A DNA stretch of 58,517 bases, filler included, from Platydemus manokwari (lineage: Eukaryota): assembly GCA_037951405.1 (NCBI GenBank). It is 5 parts of 5 records of this genome, joined end to end, with 100 filler letters (N's around TTAATTAATTAA, not from the genome) between each part and the next. Parts side by side here need not be neighbours in the genome. Positions count along the whole stretch, not along the records: positions 26,564 to 40,076 come from JBBMOY011698066.1; positions 40,177 to 49,002 come from JBBMOY011343204.1; positions 49,103 to 58,517 come from JBBMOY011252652.1; 2 more parts are not named here. One strand, written 5' to 3'. The notes under the pieces are model-generated. The model saw only the letters and a list, made by a program, of their open reading frames with translations. It made no database searches and was not told the DNA's origin. This document shows, piece after piece, positions 39,393 to 53,499 of this stretch (its first letter is position 1; every line of letters begins with the position of its first letter). Made by a program: the position numbers and the translations under genes.

Positions 39393-40076
39393 AACAACCG
39401 TGAATTTTGTGGATCTCAATATTTTGAATGTGCTTTGGTTACATTTTAGAACATTTCTTATTATACTTTATGATCTTATGAACATTTCTTAAAAACCTTT
39501 GTGGACTCCCACGTCACATGGATCAGATTTAGAACTCCCACTCTGAAGATCTAATCTGTTCTCAAGCTTTTAAAACAACAATATGCTAAATTTATTTACT
39601 AAATAACATTAAAAATATTTTTTTCTAAATTAAGTAATATTTAATATCATATATTTTGTGTTTCAAATAATCTTGGAAACCTTTCCAATTCAATATCACG
39701 AAAAGATTGAGACTTTTTATTCAAGATAATTTCGGTTCTTAAGTTTTGATAATTTAGTTGCTTAATAATCCTATAGCAGCTTCATTGTTTATTTAATGTT
39801 AGATTCACATCATTAACTCAATTATTTTAGCTATTTTTGATGTATTTTCTACTTCATCAGTCCTCTAAAAACGTCGACTCATTATTATTTGACATTCACA
39901 AATCGTATGCTTTAGCGTAATATTTGTCTGTGGTAGCTACCTCATTAAAATTTTAAAATTCTTAAAAAATTGATTATTAAAAACTTAACTTTTAAACAAG
40001 TTAAAATATTTACAAGAAAGTTTTAATTATTAAATATCTTGATGAGAAATATATTTAAATTATTCAAAACTTATTT

Positions 40077-40176
40077 NNNNNNNNNNNNNNNNNNNNNNNN
40101 NNNNNNNNNNNNNNNNNNNNTTAATTAATTAANNNNNNNNNNNNNNNNNNNNNNNNNNNNNNNNNNNNNNNNNNNN
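40077..40176. other. Artificial contig-joining linker
   Basis: Same structure as the other linkers. Confidence 0.98.
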
Positions 40177-40779
40177 AACAAATAAACATTATTCAAACAA
40201 ATTTTGGAGAGCTTTATCATTTAATATTTACCTTGATCAGGATTATATATATATATAAATATTTATTTTAAAAATTTTAATTATAAAATTTTTTTTTAAA
40301 ACATTTTAAAAATTCTACTTATAACATTTTTAAAACATTTTAAAACTTTTTAAATTCTTTTAAAACATTTTATTTAAAAATATTAAATTTCAAAATGTTT
40401 TAAAAGTTGTTATTTTTTTAATTATTTTAATTAATCCTCACATATTTAATAAAAGAATTTCAGTTACTGTATGCACCATTGTGATGAAACATAACCGACA
40501 ATTTTTTTTAATAAAATGTAAAATACTTATTTATCCAACCAAATCAGTTTCATTGCCTTCAAACTAATCCTCCACCAACGTTTTTTCTATTACTTAAAAT
40601 AACTGTTAAATCCATTTTCCGAATTAGTCTTTATTACCTTCTTAGGTTAAATTTTTATCGTCTCCTTCTATTCATCTTTCTATTCAAAACCGTTCGATAA
40701 GCTGATTTGACTTCATTGAATGGTCAGAAGTCAGACATTGCTAAATCAGCTTAATACACCAGTTGTTGATCGAAAATAT

Positions 40780-41850
40780 TCGAAGAACCAATCTAGTGAT
40801 AGTCATATACATTCTCATGGTGTGGATAATATAAACAGTTTTCTACCCGTAATTATCTCCTTTCGAGATTTATAGTTTTACACAGACATCACGAAACACC
40901 CAAATAATATAATATTCCTTTGACTAAATGTGTATCAGTTGACATATCAGGTCGTCTTCAATGTGGTTTATCTTCAACATGTTCTCAACCTTGTTTGGAA
41001 ATTCAATACCACTCATATATAGACTATTTTCAGAAAACTTACTGCAATATTTTCGGCGCTTCTGATATCAGAATTTTCATTCCACAAAGACTATCTAATG
41101 CAACATGTATACTCAACAAAATCAGACATTATAAAAATGAAGAAAAACGATTCGAATGAGCATATTGACATGAAATTTGACACTGGTGCGACAGACAGGA
41201 CTATCATTCTAAAATAACTATTTAAATGAATCGAAAAACGCTAAATTTGAATTTGCTGTTACGGTACATGATTGATACATAATTCCAATATTTATCTAGA
41301 TTTTCATTCGTTTTATCATTAAAACATACTTGGCAATAGGGTCGATTTGTTTGGGAAATTCGAATCTATTGTTGAGAATCTTCTGATATATTTGCATGGG
41401 ATTGTCATCGGAAAATGGTGGATTACTGAAAAAAATAGGATTTTATATATTGCCAATAGTTCTTAAAAAAGAAATATGTATTCCAATAATCATTACATTT
41501 GATGACTTATGTATCCTTGGAAACAAAGTTGACACAAGAATGTAATTTAATTTGTAAAAAGCTTAGTCAGATTAACAATGTAGATAATGATAGTCTTATA
41601 AGTTAGCAGTGGAGTTCAATTAATTACATCACAGAATCGTGTTAATTAGGACATAATTAAATGCCAGGAACGAGAAAAACTCACTTGATATATTCCTGGA
41701 CTGATAGACAATAATATCCAAGGATCAATATTTTTGAATGTTGAAACTGAATCTACCAGAAGAACATTAGTTATCGATAAAATATATGAGAAAGAAACTA
41801 AATCAGATTATCCGTGACCTAATTTTCAACCAAATTTCTAACCTATCATG
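40780..41850 (+). mobile_element. Decayed LTR-retroelement gag/protease remnant
   Basis: IDMKFDTGATDRTII aspartic-protease motif at ~41164-41208, amid broken frames. Confidence 0.5.
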
Positions 41851-43334
41851 AGCTCAACTTAATGTATCATAATTGAAAAAATGTGATGATTTTTAAAAAT
41901 GAAAATTAATTTAATGAAAATTAATTAAATTACGCAAACGATGAATCATCATCTTAATTTCTAACTAGAAACGCTACTGGTCATTAGTTTTAAATTAAAT
42001 ATAGTTTCTCAACATCAATCCAATCAATCAAATTTAACGTCATTTGCTAAAATGTTTTTAAAATTTCCATAAAACGAAATTTTACAATTTAAAAGAAATA
42101 TTAAAATATTTATTTTAATTTTAAATGCACGATTTTAATTTAGATTTGATGAATGAGAAAAATATCAGAACAGGCGTTAATAAATTTATTGAATAATTAA
42201 AAATTACATAACAGCCCAGATTAGATTACACCATTAACATGATATTAAACTTAATTAAAATCAATTAATAAATGTCGAAATATTTATTTAAATCACTTGA
42301 AAATCAGGAGAATAAATGAAATAAAAATTGTTTCTGAAAAAATTGGAATTACTCAATTTTGAAAGAATTCCTGTCATTATTTGTGTTCTTCTCGTTCACA
42401 CGAATGCCTACTTTTATCCATCACATTCCTGAACAGAGAAAAAAACCATCATACAATTATTTCATTTGCGAATAATTTGCTTTAATTAATACGAGGAAAT
42501 AGCGATTAACGAGAATTACTAACTGTTTTTCCTTCACAAGCGGAGATGGTTTTAAGTTTTCTATTATTTGTTTATTTTTAGAACACTTTTATACTATGAA
42601 CGCTTCCTTCTATATTGACATTTATTGTTAAAAGTAATTAACGATCTTTCTGAATTATTAATATATTCCGGCAGAAGGAAGTTGTAGTACAGTTGAAAAG
42701 TGATAAGAGATGTGAAAGGGATTTGAGTTACTTAGCTGTTGCTATGCAGAAAGATTTGTTAAAGAATGATTGGTTGGGCTCACAAAAATTAGACGTCAAC
42801 TCTGGAGTTCCCGGAATATCTCTATGATCTTATACTTATACTTTTCCCATGGTTAACGTAAACAATAGACAAGGTATGTTCGCAATATTTTCCAAATATA
42901 ATATATAAACTTTTAATTATTATAATAAACATTAGGTGATAATATGAAAACCGTATTTATAATAATTATAGAATTAATAATCATAATACCGATGATAATA
43001 ACAATGATAATTATAAATATATCGACATTTGTTAACAATTATAATATTATAATATTACATGTTAATTGCTACGGTTTCATAAAATATGAATTGAACACAA
43101 ATTTTAAACCAATCAAGTATATTTCATCAAAAATATTCAAACAAACTAAATCAATCATTTATATTTTTTAATATAAATTTACTTTTTGTTTAAATCTTAC
43201 TTTCATTTAAATAATAATAACAAAATAATTAACCTGTGCTAAATTGTCAGAATTATTTGAATTGAAACAAAAGTGTTGGTTCGATTCGATTAACTTGCAC
43301 TTGTCAGACATTGCGAAGTGCAAATCGATTATTA

Positions 43335-43910
43335 ATTTATTCTAAGATTTCTTGTCAATAGATCTTAGACAAGCTTAAGCAAAATGCATAAGAGGTCGCA
43401 TCATATAGTACTAACATTTTCTAATATAATTTCTGGTAGACTTCCATTTGGATTGACCACTGCGCCATAAACTTTCCAGTATTCGACGCACAAATTATTA
43501 TCAAGATTGCTTTTCAAAAGTGTTTTAGTCTCGTTGGTTGAAGGCTTAATCTACTTGTTGACAGAAATAAATAACCGGATAAAATATTTGAACGAATACA
43601 TAAATCAGAGGTAAATACAAAACAAAAGTAAATACTAAATCTAAATAAAATCAACAAGGATAATATCAGAACAAATTAAGACAAAAAAAAAACTGAAGAA
43701 TCACAATGTGAAACAAAATCGAACTCATTTTTGGGCTCAAAAATTATTATCGAAAATTTATTTAAAATTATGACAAGACAGTAAAGTCTTCAAGGAGGCA
43801 AAATCCATCCAATGGACAAAAGAACGTAAGAATAGTATTTTCAAATGATTAACAAGTATCGTGTGTCTTTCATTGATTCAGATGATAGTTTTAGAGTTTT
43901 AGATCAATAC
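43335..43910 (+). mobile_element. Decayed gypsy RT remnant
   Basis: IDLRQA, RLPFGLTTAP*TFQ...LLFKSVLV, then IQWTKE. Confidence 0.65.
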
Positions 43911-44704
43911 TGTTTGTTCAATTAAAAAGATATTATGATTATTGTGACTTCATTTATATCATTACTGTTATTCTTAATACCATTAGCATCATTATTACTA
44001 GTACATTGAAAGTCATAAAGTTATAAGTTCATCCATTCCGTTAATAAGGAATTCAAATCAAATAAATTGAGCTTTTAAGCTACTTAACATTATTAAAGTG
44101 ATCATTATCGAATTAACTATCCATTCTTTCCTCATTACGATTATTCAGGGAGACTTCGGAAACATGAACTCCATTTCTATTACATTTTAAGGTGAATTCA
44201 TTAAAAATAATTTTATCTTAATAATTATTTTACTATTAAATCCTTGAATAAATAGCCATTAATAATTCTTTCTAAAATAAGTTGCCCATTTCCTACAAGC
44301 ATGCTTGTCAAATAAAATATCTTCACGATAAAACGGCTTTTGAATATTTTCTATATTTCAGATTTTATATTTTTATCTTCACTATTATATTATTAATAAA
44401 TCAATGTTCTCCTGTTTTAGAATATATTATTTTTCACATTTATATTTATAATACACCAAATATAACTAGAATTATTTATCTATATACTACTGTGATGAAA
44501 TATAACCAGGAAATGTTGAATAATGATTTCTGTGTCTAGGCAATATCAATACAAGAACATATGAGCTGTATAATATATTCAATGAATGTTGAATACATGC
44601 TGAAGACGAAGCACATCCGAAAGGACCACACATGTCAATTTATACAGTCAAATTTATATTATGTAGCGGTTTGAGTCTTTTGCGTGAAGATACAAGCACT
44701 AGAT

Positions 44705-45060
44705 AAGTGAATTATAGGCAGACAACTTTTGGTTTTTCACCCCGATAACTTATCGTCTCACACTGAATTGTTTTATCCCAAGCTTTCGTTTCTAAACCAC
44801 ATTAATAAGTAATTTGTAACTTCTAATTATTCGCTTAACTCAAAATGATCCTTATTTGGTCACCGTTTTGACTCGATCAAGGAGATAAAAGCCGAATCTA
44901 AGAAGATATAGAAAGCCGTTTAAAAAATTGACTTCAACAACGGTTTCGAGAATTGGATAAGTGTTGGAAAAATATATTGTTCAAACCAGCGATAACTTTA
45001 AAAGCCATTAAATTGATTTGAAAGAATGAATAAAGATTTTTCATTTTATTACAATATGAT
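44705..45060 (+). mobile_element. Mariner (DD34D) transposase 3' fragment
   Basis: ADNFWF..DNLSSHT and GHRFDSIKEIKAESKK...DFNNGFENW...W.K. Confidence 0.7.
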
Positions 45061-46288
45061 CAAACAATTATATTGGATCAGTAATGTATCACATCCGAAT
45101 AACATCAAAAGTCGTGACTTTCTTCATTCGGATTTCATGACATTATTAATAATAAATTATTTAGTAATCTATTAAAATATATTAATATTATTATCATTAT
45201 TATAATTAATAATAATAATAATAAAAATAAATATAAAATTATTTTTCAAAATACAAATATTTTTATGCGTGTTGGTTTTATTTTCTATTTTATTTTTGTT
45301 TGGCTTTGAGTCGGTGTTCAATAAATTATAAATAAACAGAAATCATACATTTTGTAGCAAAAATGAAATCATTAATTTTATTTTTTCCAATTTTTTTTAC
45401 TTATTCGTTTGCAACGAATTTTGGATAAATCAAAGATTGCAGCCAATCGTCACAATGTAATGTATTAATTAATTGATGATGGAGACAAATTTATAAATAG
45501 CCAATACGAAAACGGGTATTCGACCTATATTTGAGGCCATAGAAAATTGATGATATTTATAAAAAGAAATCTGTATTGAGGAAGAACAAATATTTTTAAA
45601 TTATCAATTTTTCGATTTTATATCGGCTCCAACGTGTGGAATCAATCAGGAAATAGTTTGAAATTAATTCTGAAATCTTATTTGAAATTTATCTATAAAT
45701 CTTAACCGAATGCTTTAAACCTAACAGTCAGAATAGAAGATCGTATATGAAGAAAATGTGAAAGCTAAGAAAGAAACAGTTACTTATTATTTATCAGCTT
45801 TATTTTTTCATTTTTTAAATTTAATTTTTGAAAAAAATGAATTGATATCGTTATTTTAAACCATTTAATAAAAGTAATTCCAAAAATATTTTCGATACAT
45901 TTAATTTCAGAGATAATTGTATTGAAACGTTTGTATTAAATCAATAATTTTATGAACTAATTTCAAGATAAATGAAAGAAAATCAATAAAATTTTCAAAT
46001 TGATTTGAAGTGATATATTTTAAGCACACAGAGATAAATTGCATTGATACCAATCGCAGCTGTACACTATCAATTACAATCTATCGGATGGGTATTTAAA
46101 TTTCGGTTTAACTTATTGAAAAAATAAAAAAATATTCGTTTACAACAAGCTTGCAGGAATTTATTACAAGGCAACTCGATTCTGATGTTTTCGATCTATA
46201 CCGTCTTAATTTATAGATAATAAAGAATTATAATAACACGAAATATAAAATAATAAAAAGGAGCATAGATTAAATATTATTTACATTA

Positions 46289-46435
<147 letters not shown>

Positions 46436-46857
46436 TTATTTTCTAATAACATCCAATCTGATATTATTTCAATCGAAAAATAATGGAAATCGTATATAAG
46501 TACATTAATAAATTTAATGATTGTCGACCCTGGGAGAGCTTGTGGAGAATTTATATGAAAATCCAAATATCACCAGATAACAAATGAAGTCATCAATCAA
46601 AATTGTACCAATTATTCATTGATTCACATCAAATTTTGAACGAAAATCCATCAGAAAAATACAAAAGAAAAACAATGATTTCAAGTCACTTATACTATAA
46701 ATAGTTCACACTCTTAAAGAGTAGTAATTTCATCAATTTATCTATGGGAAAGATTGTATGGAAAGGATTTATTTATTGAAACCGATAAAGTTCTTACAAA
46801 CGATTTGGATCACTTTCCCCCATTTATTTTCATTTGATAAATAATATATAAAAATAT

Positions 46858-46930
46858 AATTTGATGTCGTGACTTTTCAGTTTGTTTTCAATTCATGTTT
46901 TATGAAATAATAGCGGCTTACAGAAGTCAT
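46858..46930 (+). repeat. Dispersed repeat family B, 3' fragment (copy 3)
   Basis: atttgatgtcgtgacttttcagtttgttttc...aatagcggcttacag matches the end of copy 2. Confidence 0.75.
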
Positions 46931-47014
46931 ATTAGTAAATTTATTATATTATTTTGATTCTTCTTATGGTCTTATATCATGTGAATCAAATAATGGAAAA
47001 GTAATTATCTAACA

Positions 47015-47310
47015 TAGTGGTTTTCACATTTTTTGTCTTCCGACACACTTTACGAGTCAAAATTTTTTCGCGACCTCTAGGGAATAAATTAAAAATAATA
47101 AATTAAATTTTTGATAAAAGAATTATTTTAACATCAAAAAATTAAAATATATTTATTAATCAGAACGATTGTGCATATTCTGACATAAAACATCAATTCT
47201 CGGCTTTATTTTGGCTGGTCTCAGTACTAATGCCAGATCTTTAAAATTCGATCGATATTTTGTCATAATATAAGTCAGTGTCGAAAATGAAATTTCTCGC
47301 GTCTCCCCTT
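47015..47310 (-). mobile_element. hAT Charlie/Buster transposase C-terminus with terminal repeat
   Basis: EISFSTLTYIMTKYRSNFKDLALVLRPAKIKPRIDVLC matches E.GFS.L..IKTKYRS.L...LR...I.PRID.LC. The end (t)agtggttttcacattttttgtc...gacacact resembles a Charlie TIR. Confidence 0.7.
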
Positions 47311-48921
47311 TTTGAAAAACACTAATTTTAACACAAAATTTATTGATTATTATTATCTTTATTTGAAAGAATTTTGATAACAGGTTTTGATAAATAAATA
47401 AAGTTCCGCGCTGAATAAATTTCAATGTATTTCTTCAATAATGAAGTCCATGCATATTATTTCATATATTACCAAAAATGTTTTTTTTGAGATTCTTTAA
47501 TTATCAATTTTATCAGGAAATGTTATTATTTATATTATTAATCGTTATTTTTCTCATTCTCACATACCCCAATGTATTATACGAAAAACGTAAAAATGAA
47601 AAAAATCCAATGTTTAAAAACAAAAACCATTCTGATTAAATGAGCATGGAGCGAAAATAAATGTTTCATTACTGAACTATTAGTAATTTCAATTGGTAAC
47701 TAATCGATAGACGCATTTCCCAGTCCTTACTACTCATCAATTTTAGACAGAACATCGAACCCATCGATGAACAATATTCCCTGTTTATGAATTTGGTGCC
47801 AGTTTCATTTCGCAGAGATGCATCAACACTTCGACTTGTTTTGATGCATTTGTCTCATTATTCTTTCATTTCGTATCAACATATCCTTCAAAGAGACAAC
47901 TGAAAAGTTCTAATAAGCTACATCAATTAGATTCACTCAAAAATAACAGGATTATATCGATTATATGAATGACTTTTTCGATTATTTATATTTTTGTTTT
48001 TCAACCTAATAATAATGATGAGATAAATGAACTCAACTTTAATGAGTAATAATATTCTTCACTGGAAAATTCCGTATGATAATATGAGATTATGGAAGAT
48101 TATTTTCGCGATAATAAATTATCCGAATTATAAATCATCAATTAGAAAAGAAAATAAATCCACTATTATTTCCTATTATAAGTAAAAATCGAAACATTTA
48201 TGGATTAATTGTGGAGCATTGTAATTTCCATGGAAACGTATTATATTCTACATGATATTTGATGTGTTTTCGTGATTCTAATTTCGTTATTTCAATGTAG
48301 AATATATTGATATAACCATTAAATTAGAATATAAATGGTCGAGAATGAATAGAATATGATCATTGCTTTTAGAATATCATTACAGTCCAGATAAACCACT
48401 GAAAAATGGTATTAAACATTAATAAAATGTAATTATGAAAAAATTAAGCTTTATTGATGTTTAAAAGTGAATTACAGTTAAATATAAACCCGCATGAATA
48501 AAGTCAAATCACAATAAGAAATAAACACGGTTGTAGAAAGAAAATAGATAACTGAAAATGAATTGTCAGTTCATTGTATGAATCAGAACCGTGGTAATAA
48601 TCCAATTGTTAATTTAAGAATTTTAACTGGAAATTTTCATGATGCTCATATTTCATGGATGTACTTTGTTTTATGATCTTTTCATACATGAATAAACCGA
48701 TCTAATATGTAGAATCAAACAACAAACATATATTTCGAGACATTCAAATGGCTACTGATGTGTATGTGAGGTTTTCCATATTTATTTGTTATTTATTCAA
48801 GACAGACTTCAAACAAAAGTTGAAAATTTGTTTGAATTTAAAATTTTATTTTTAAATAAACACCGGAACTATGGTAAAACATAGAAATTATTACAACTTG
48901 GAAGGTATTAAATCTAGACGA

Positions 48922-49002
48922 TTATAATAATAACAATAATAATAACAATGATAATAACAATAATAATAACAATAAGAAGAATAACAATAATAATTACAAT
49001 AG
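48922..49002. repeat. (AAT/AAC)n microsatellite at contig end
   Basis: aataataacaataataataacaatgataataac... Confidence 0.9.
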
Positions 49003-49102
49003 NNNNNNNNNNNNNNNNNNNNNNNNNNNNNNNNNNNNNNNNNNNNTTAATTAATTAANNNNNNNNNNNNNNNNNNNNNNNNNNNNNNNNNNNNNNNNNN
49101 NN
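49003..49102. other. Artificial contig-joining linker
   Basis: Same structure as the other linkers. Confidence 0.98.
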
Positions 49103-50397
49103 AAGGCTATCAACACATTTCTCCCAACGACCTAAAAGTTTATTTATTCCAACTTAAAAAAAATCTTGCTCTCGAGAATATTTGATGTGGAAATAGGTTT
49201 CACTAAGATTTTGTATGATTTTTGTAATTGCAAGAACAATGTGAGGATATTTAAAAGTCAATGTCAAACCAATTGTAGATTAAAAAGATTATAGTATATT
49301 TAAATTTTTAATTTTTTTTAAAATAATATTTTTATTTATAAAATAATCGCATTAAAATCTTCACACATGTTATTGAGAACAAAATATCTGGGTGTTTATA
49401 TGATGATTATTATTCAAAATTTCAAAAACAATCGAATTATACAAGAAGAAAATGTGAGATAAGAAATGGAATACATCATGACAATCAGAGAAGACCCAAT
49501 TAAAAAAAATTAAAAAATTTAAAAAATGTCCACAATGCATATAATATTATTGCGTATCAAATGATAAAAATTATTATCTTTCAAATAGAGTGTGTCAATT
49601 TATTAAAAATATAAAGTATTTAATCGTCATGTTGCGATAGCCCATATTTGTGTTGACTATTTTTGCATTTTAATAAAATTTCGTATTTTCCAATATTGAC
49701 AAATATGTCACCGCGTGTTAGTGATTTGGAAATTAATGTTAGAATCTGAGTAGATGTGTGAGTATCAATGAATTCCTATAGGCGAGATAAAAATTTTATT
49801 AGGTTGATGACTTAATTAAATTTTATTTCTTAAAATATTGGCTTGATGATGAGTTATTTATTTAAAATTACCACTTATGTCATTACATCATAAATTGTGA
49901 AACATTCGAAAGTTAAATACTTGATCTTTGGTGCCATTTATTTTTATTTATGGTAATTTCATTTTGTACTGCCATTTTAAATGTTGTAAAGTTGCTCAAT
50001 ATATAACAAATCAATTCATTTATAATCGATAAGAATATTGTAATGAGTTTTTTGGAATCAGTTAATTGATAGATTAATATCGAAATTATTATTATTCTAT
50101 AAAGGGTACAAGTTAGGCAAAACTATAAATTCATGGAACATTTCAGTAATAATGTTTTTGTAAATCAATATTTTATACGATACTGCTAAAGTGAAATAAT
50201 GAGAGATGAAAAACAACGATGGATTACCTTATAATGAAGATTTTTGTAAAAGCTAATGAATTTTTAATGGTTCCGTGACTTGAAACAGTATTATAAATCT
50301 GAAGAAAGTTAATTTTAAATAGCTTAAGATTATTCTAATATATCAGTAAATTTTCTGTGACAATCAATTCAAGCAAATATTATTTTATGATTTAAGG

Positions 50398-50910
50398 CAG
50401 TGATTCCCAAACTTTTCGGGTGTACACCCCCTTTTCAGTATAAATATCAGTTAGCGCCCCCAAACTAACCCACATCAATTTTTTTAAATTTTTAGTACCA
50501 ATTTTTAAAAAAAAATCTTAAGGTTACTCTTTTGCTACTTAATAAATTCTCGTAATATCATAACAAACTTACCTTTCTTTTAGTTTTATTTCAGTTAATC
50601 ACTGTGGGGAATCCCAGAAATACTACCACTCTACTACCAGACTTAGGTGTTGCCAACGACAAAGTGCACAAGCAGTAATAATGAATGCACGATTACACAT
50701 ACTTCAATAAAAAATAGTGAGAAAGTACAGTACTTTGTTTAAAAACAAATTAAGCTTTTTGAACAAACGAGATACATCAAAACTTTTAATAATCATTTTC
50801 TTGCATTCTTACAGTATTATCTCCCCCAAATGAGCTTGTGTTCACCACCGACCCTCTGGATCCTTGCAGCGCCTACCAGGAGGTGGTAGCGCTCACTTTG
50901 GGAATCACTG
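50398..50910. mobile_element. Complete non-autonomous hAT (Charlie-type) MITE, 513 bp
   Basis: TIRs CAGTGATTCCCAAA / TTTGGGAATCACTG. Perfect 8-bp target-site duplication ATTTAAGG at 50390-50397 and 50911-50918. Confidence 0.95.
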
Positions 50911-51579
50911 ATTTAAGGCATTAAAATTATTATCATTTATTGATTTTTACTTAAAAAAGTGAAATACTTGAAAAGAAATTTCGTATCCTACTTTAATAAG
51001 TTGGAAATTGTTGTGATCGACATTGAATACTCTAAAGGTAGTGTAAAATTGGACTTTATCGTTTGTTTTAAGAGTTTCATGAATTTGATTTTTATTTTCA
51101 TCAAATCTTTTTAGTACCATAAAACGTTTGTTCATGTTCACTTATGTAAGTATGTCGTATTTAATATAAATTAGATCGATTGCAATAAAAGACATGGCGG
51201 TGGCCCTTAAAGGAAGTCATCCAAAAATCTTGAATATTTAGGTGAAGAAGAAAATGTTAAATATTTTAATGCTAATTAAAGATATTAGAAGTTGTTTTTC
51301 ATCTGATTTCTCAATAATCATAATATATACAATAAATTATAGACAAAGGTGGCTGCTGTGCGTCATAAGATCTATAATCAACATGGAATCTCTCCTCATT
51401 AATATTTTATAAATTTATTTGATCTTGTTTTGATTATTTATATTTAACTATTATTTTTATATTTATTTAATCTTTTGCAACACCAATTCAGAGAACAAGA
51501 TTTAATCTATTTTACTCATCGATTCGAATTTGTTATTGTTATCAATATTGATAATTGATCGTATCATTGAATTTTATAG

Positions 51580-51865
51580 ATTTGATAAAGTTGAAAAACA
51601 GAAACGCAGTGCATTTTCTTTCATGCCATTTGGAATGGGGCCTCGTAACTGTGTTGGTATGAGGTTTGCATTACTGGAAGCTAAGTTGGCTCTAGCTTGC
51701 TTGTTAAAAAACTACAAAATAGTGCCATGTGCTGAAACACCGGTGAGATATCTCATATTGTCAAGATTGATTATAATCATTATATTCTAGAAAACATTGA
51801 CATTTAATACAGGTGGACTGAGTAGTACGAAGGAGAAAGTCATCATCAGATTAGAAAAGAGATAG
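51580..51865 (+). CDS. Cytochrome P450, clan 3 (CYP3A-like), last two exons 51580-51742 and 51791-51865
   Basis: Heme motif FMPFGMGPRNCVGMRFALLEAK. A 48-bp intron follows CAETP (the CYP3A-type position). Final exon KTLTFNTGGLSSTKEKVIIRLEKR*; AATAAA at 51894. Confidence 0.92.
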
Positions 51866-53499
51866 ATATCATCGATGTATTTCGACGAATTTTAATAAAT
51901 TAATTAACTTGTTTTATTAGTGTTAAAGAAATCTGATTTAATTATTAATTTTTTAATTATCAATCAATATATGTTTAATATCAAATGAGAAGAAATGAGA
52001 AGTCACTTTTTCGAAAACCGTTTTAGTTTGTGTACAAATTTCATACATAAGATAGAATAATATTTTCAGATCGATGTACGCACTTTTGATTTTAAAAATT
52101 TAAGCATTTCAACGGCCGATATATAAAAATTAAAAGGTAATGTAACTTTATATTGTAATTGATATTATTGTATTTACTTTTCATTTTAATCATGCTCCTA
52201 TGGAATTAGATGATAGGATCGAAATCGATAGATTTTCGTGTCCGAGGAATATGATAGAAAGAGGTCAAATTGTTCCATTTTATTAGAATAATCTAACGCT
52301 AAACAGGAATTCGTTACCAAAAAAATTCATTACAACGATTACACACAAACACTCATACATACATGTGATGTGAGATGGCAGAGAAACATTCAAGAGATTT
52401 TCGAATGATAACATTCTGTGATAGAACACATCTGTAAACGTTTAAAATATTATAAATTATCAACAAAGTAATTGTTTTATTAAAGAACACAGAACACTGT
52501 TAAACTCATGTCTTTAAAATCCTCTCAATTTCTTCATATATTCAATGTGTTTTGATTTTATTGAATCTGGGAACTTGATAACCACTTAACTATGGGGATC
52601 CATCGTACCAATACTTTCTCGAAAATCTTTAAATCCTATTTGTCATTCTAACTCTAATAATGATCGCTATCCGTTCTAGTAGCAACATCTCAATTTTGTT
52701 GAGCATGATTTCGGACGATGTCTCTAAATAGTATTTTCCATCTAGCTTCTGAGTGTAATTTTTTTTTAATTTTCAAAAGGTCTTTCAAATGACCAAAATT
52801 TTGCTTTGTTCTGCTGAGTGATACTGAAACGAAATTTCATTATTTTTTTGATCCCCAGAGATGTTAATCATATCTATTGCCATATGAAATTGTTAGAGAT
52901 CTCACTTGAATTAATAAAAACGGATAAATTTAACTTTATAGCTTCATAATTTCATTAATATAAAAAATAAATCAAGCATTTGAAATTATTAATTGAATAG
53001 CTTGAACTATTTAAAAAGTTGCTGACCTTTTAATTTAGGCCTCAAATATATAAACAATTTCTTACATTTATTTGCAAAAGTTTTTAAAAATATTTTTAAA
53101 TTGCCAAGTAATAATAAACGTTTTATTAATGAAAAATACATAATCAATTAAAATATCAAACAACAATGAACCACTGTAAACATATTAAAAATTGCGGACC
53201 AATTTAGTTAAATTTACATATGAATTTTATGAAGAAAATCAGTCATCATAAAAGAGAATTTTTTGAATTGAAATTCTTGTGAAATTCGTTTTTGGATTGC
53301 CAAAAAATTTTTTTGGATGCTAAACTATAGTTGAGACAAATCGATTGCTAAATTTTTAGTTAAAATTATTCTGAAATTTGACTGAATTTTCCAGACTGAA
53401 CATTTGCAGCAAAAATTAATAAAGTAAAAATTATCATAGAGCCAATATAACCATACAATCTCAACGAAATCAACATTGGACGCTACTAGTCGCCTCTAC

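Noticed and set aside
42944-43171. Short hydrophobic Ile/Asn-rich ORFs (also 719-910, 3982-4236, 44282-44539 and others)
   Set aside because: Low-complexity AT-rich translations without conserved motifs or convincing splice context.
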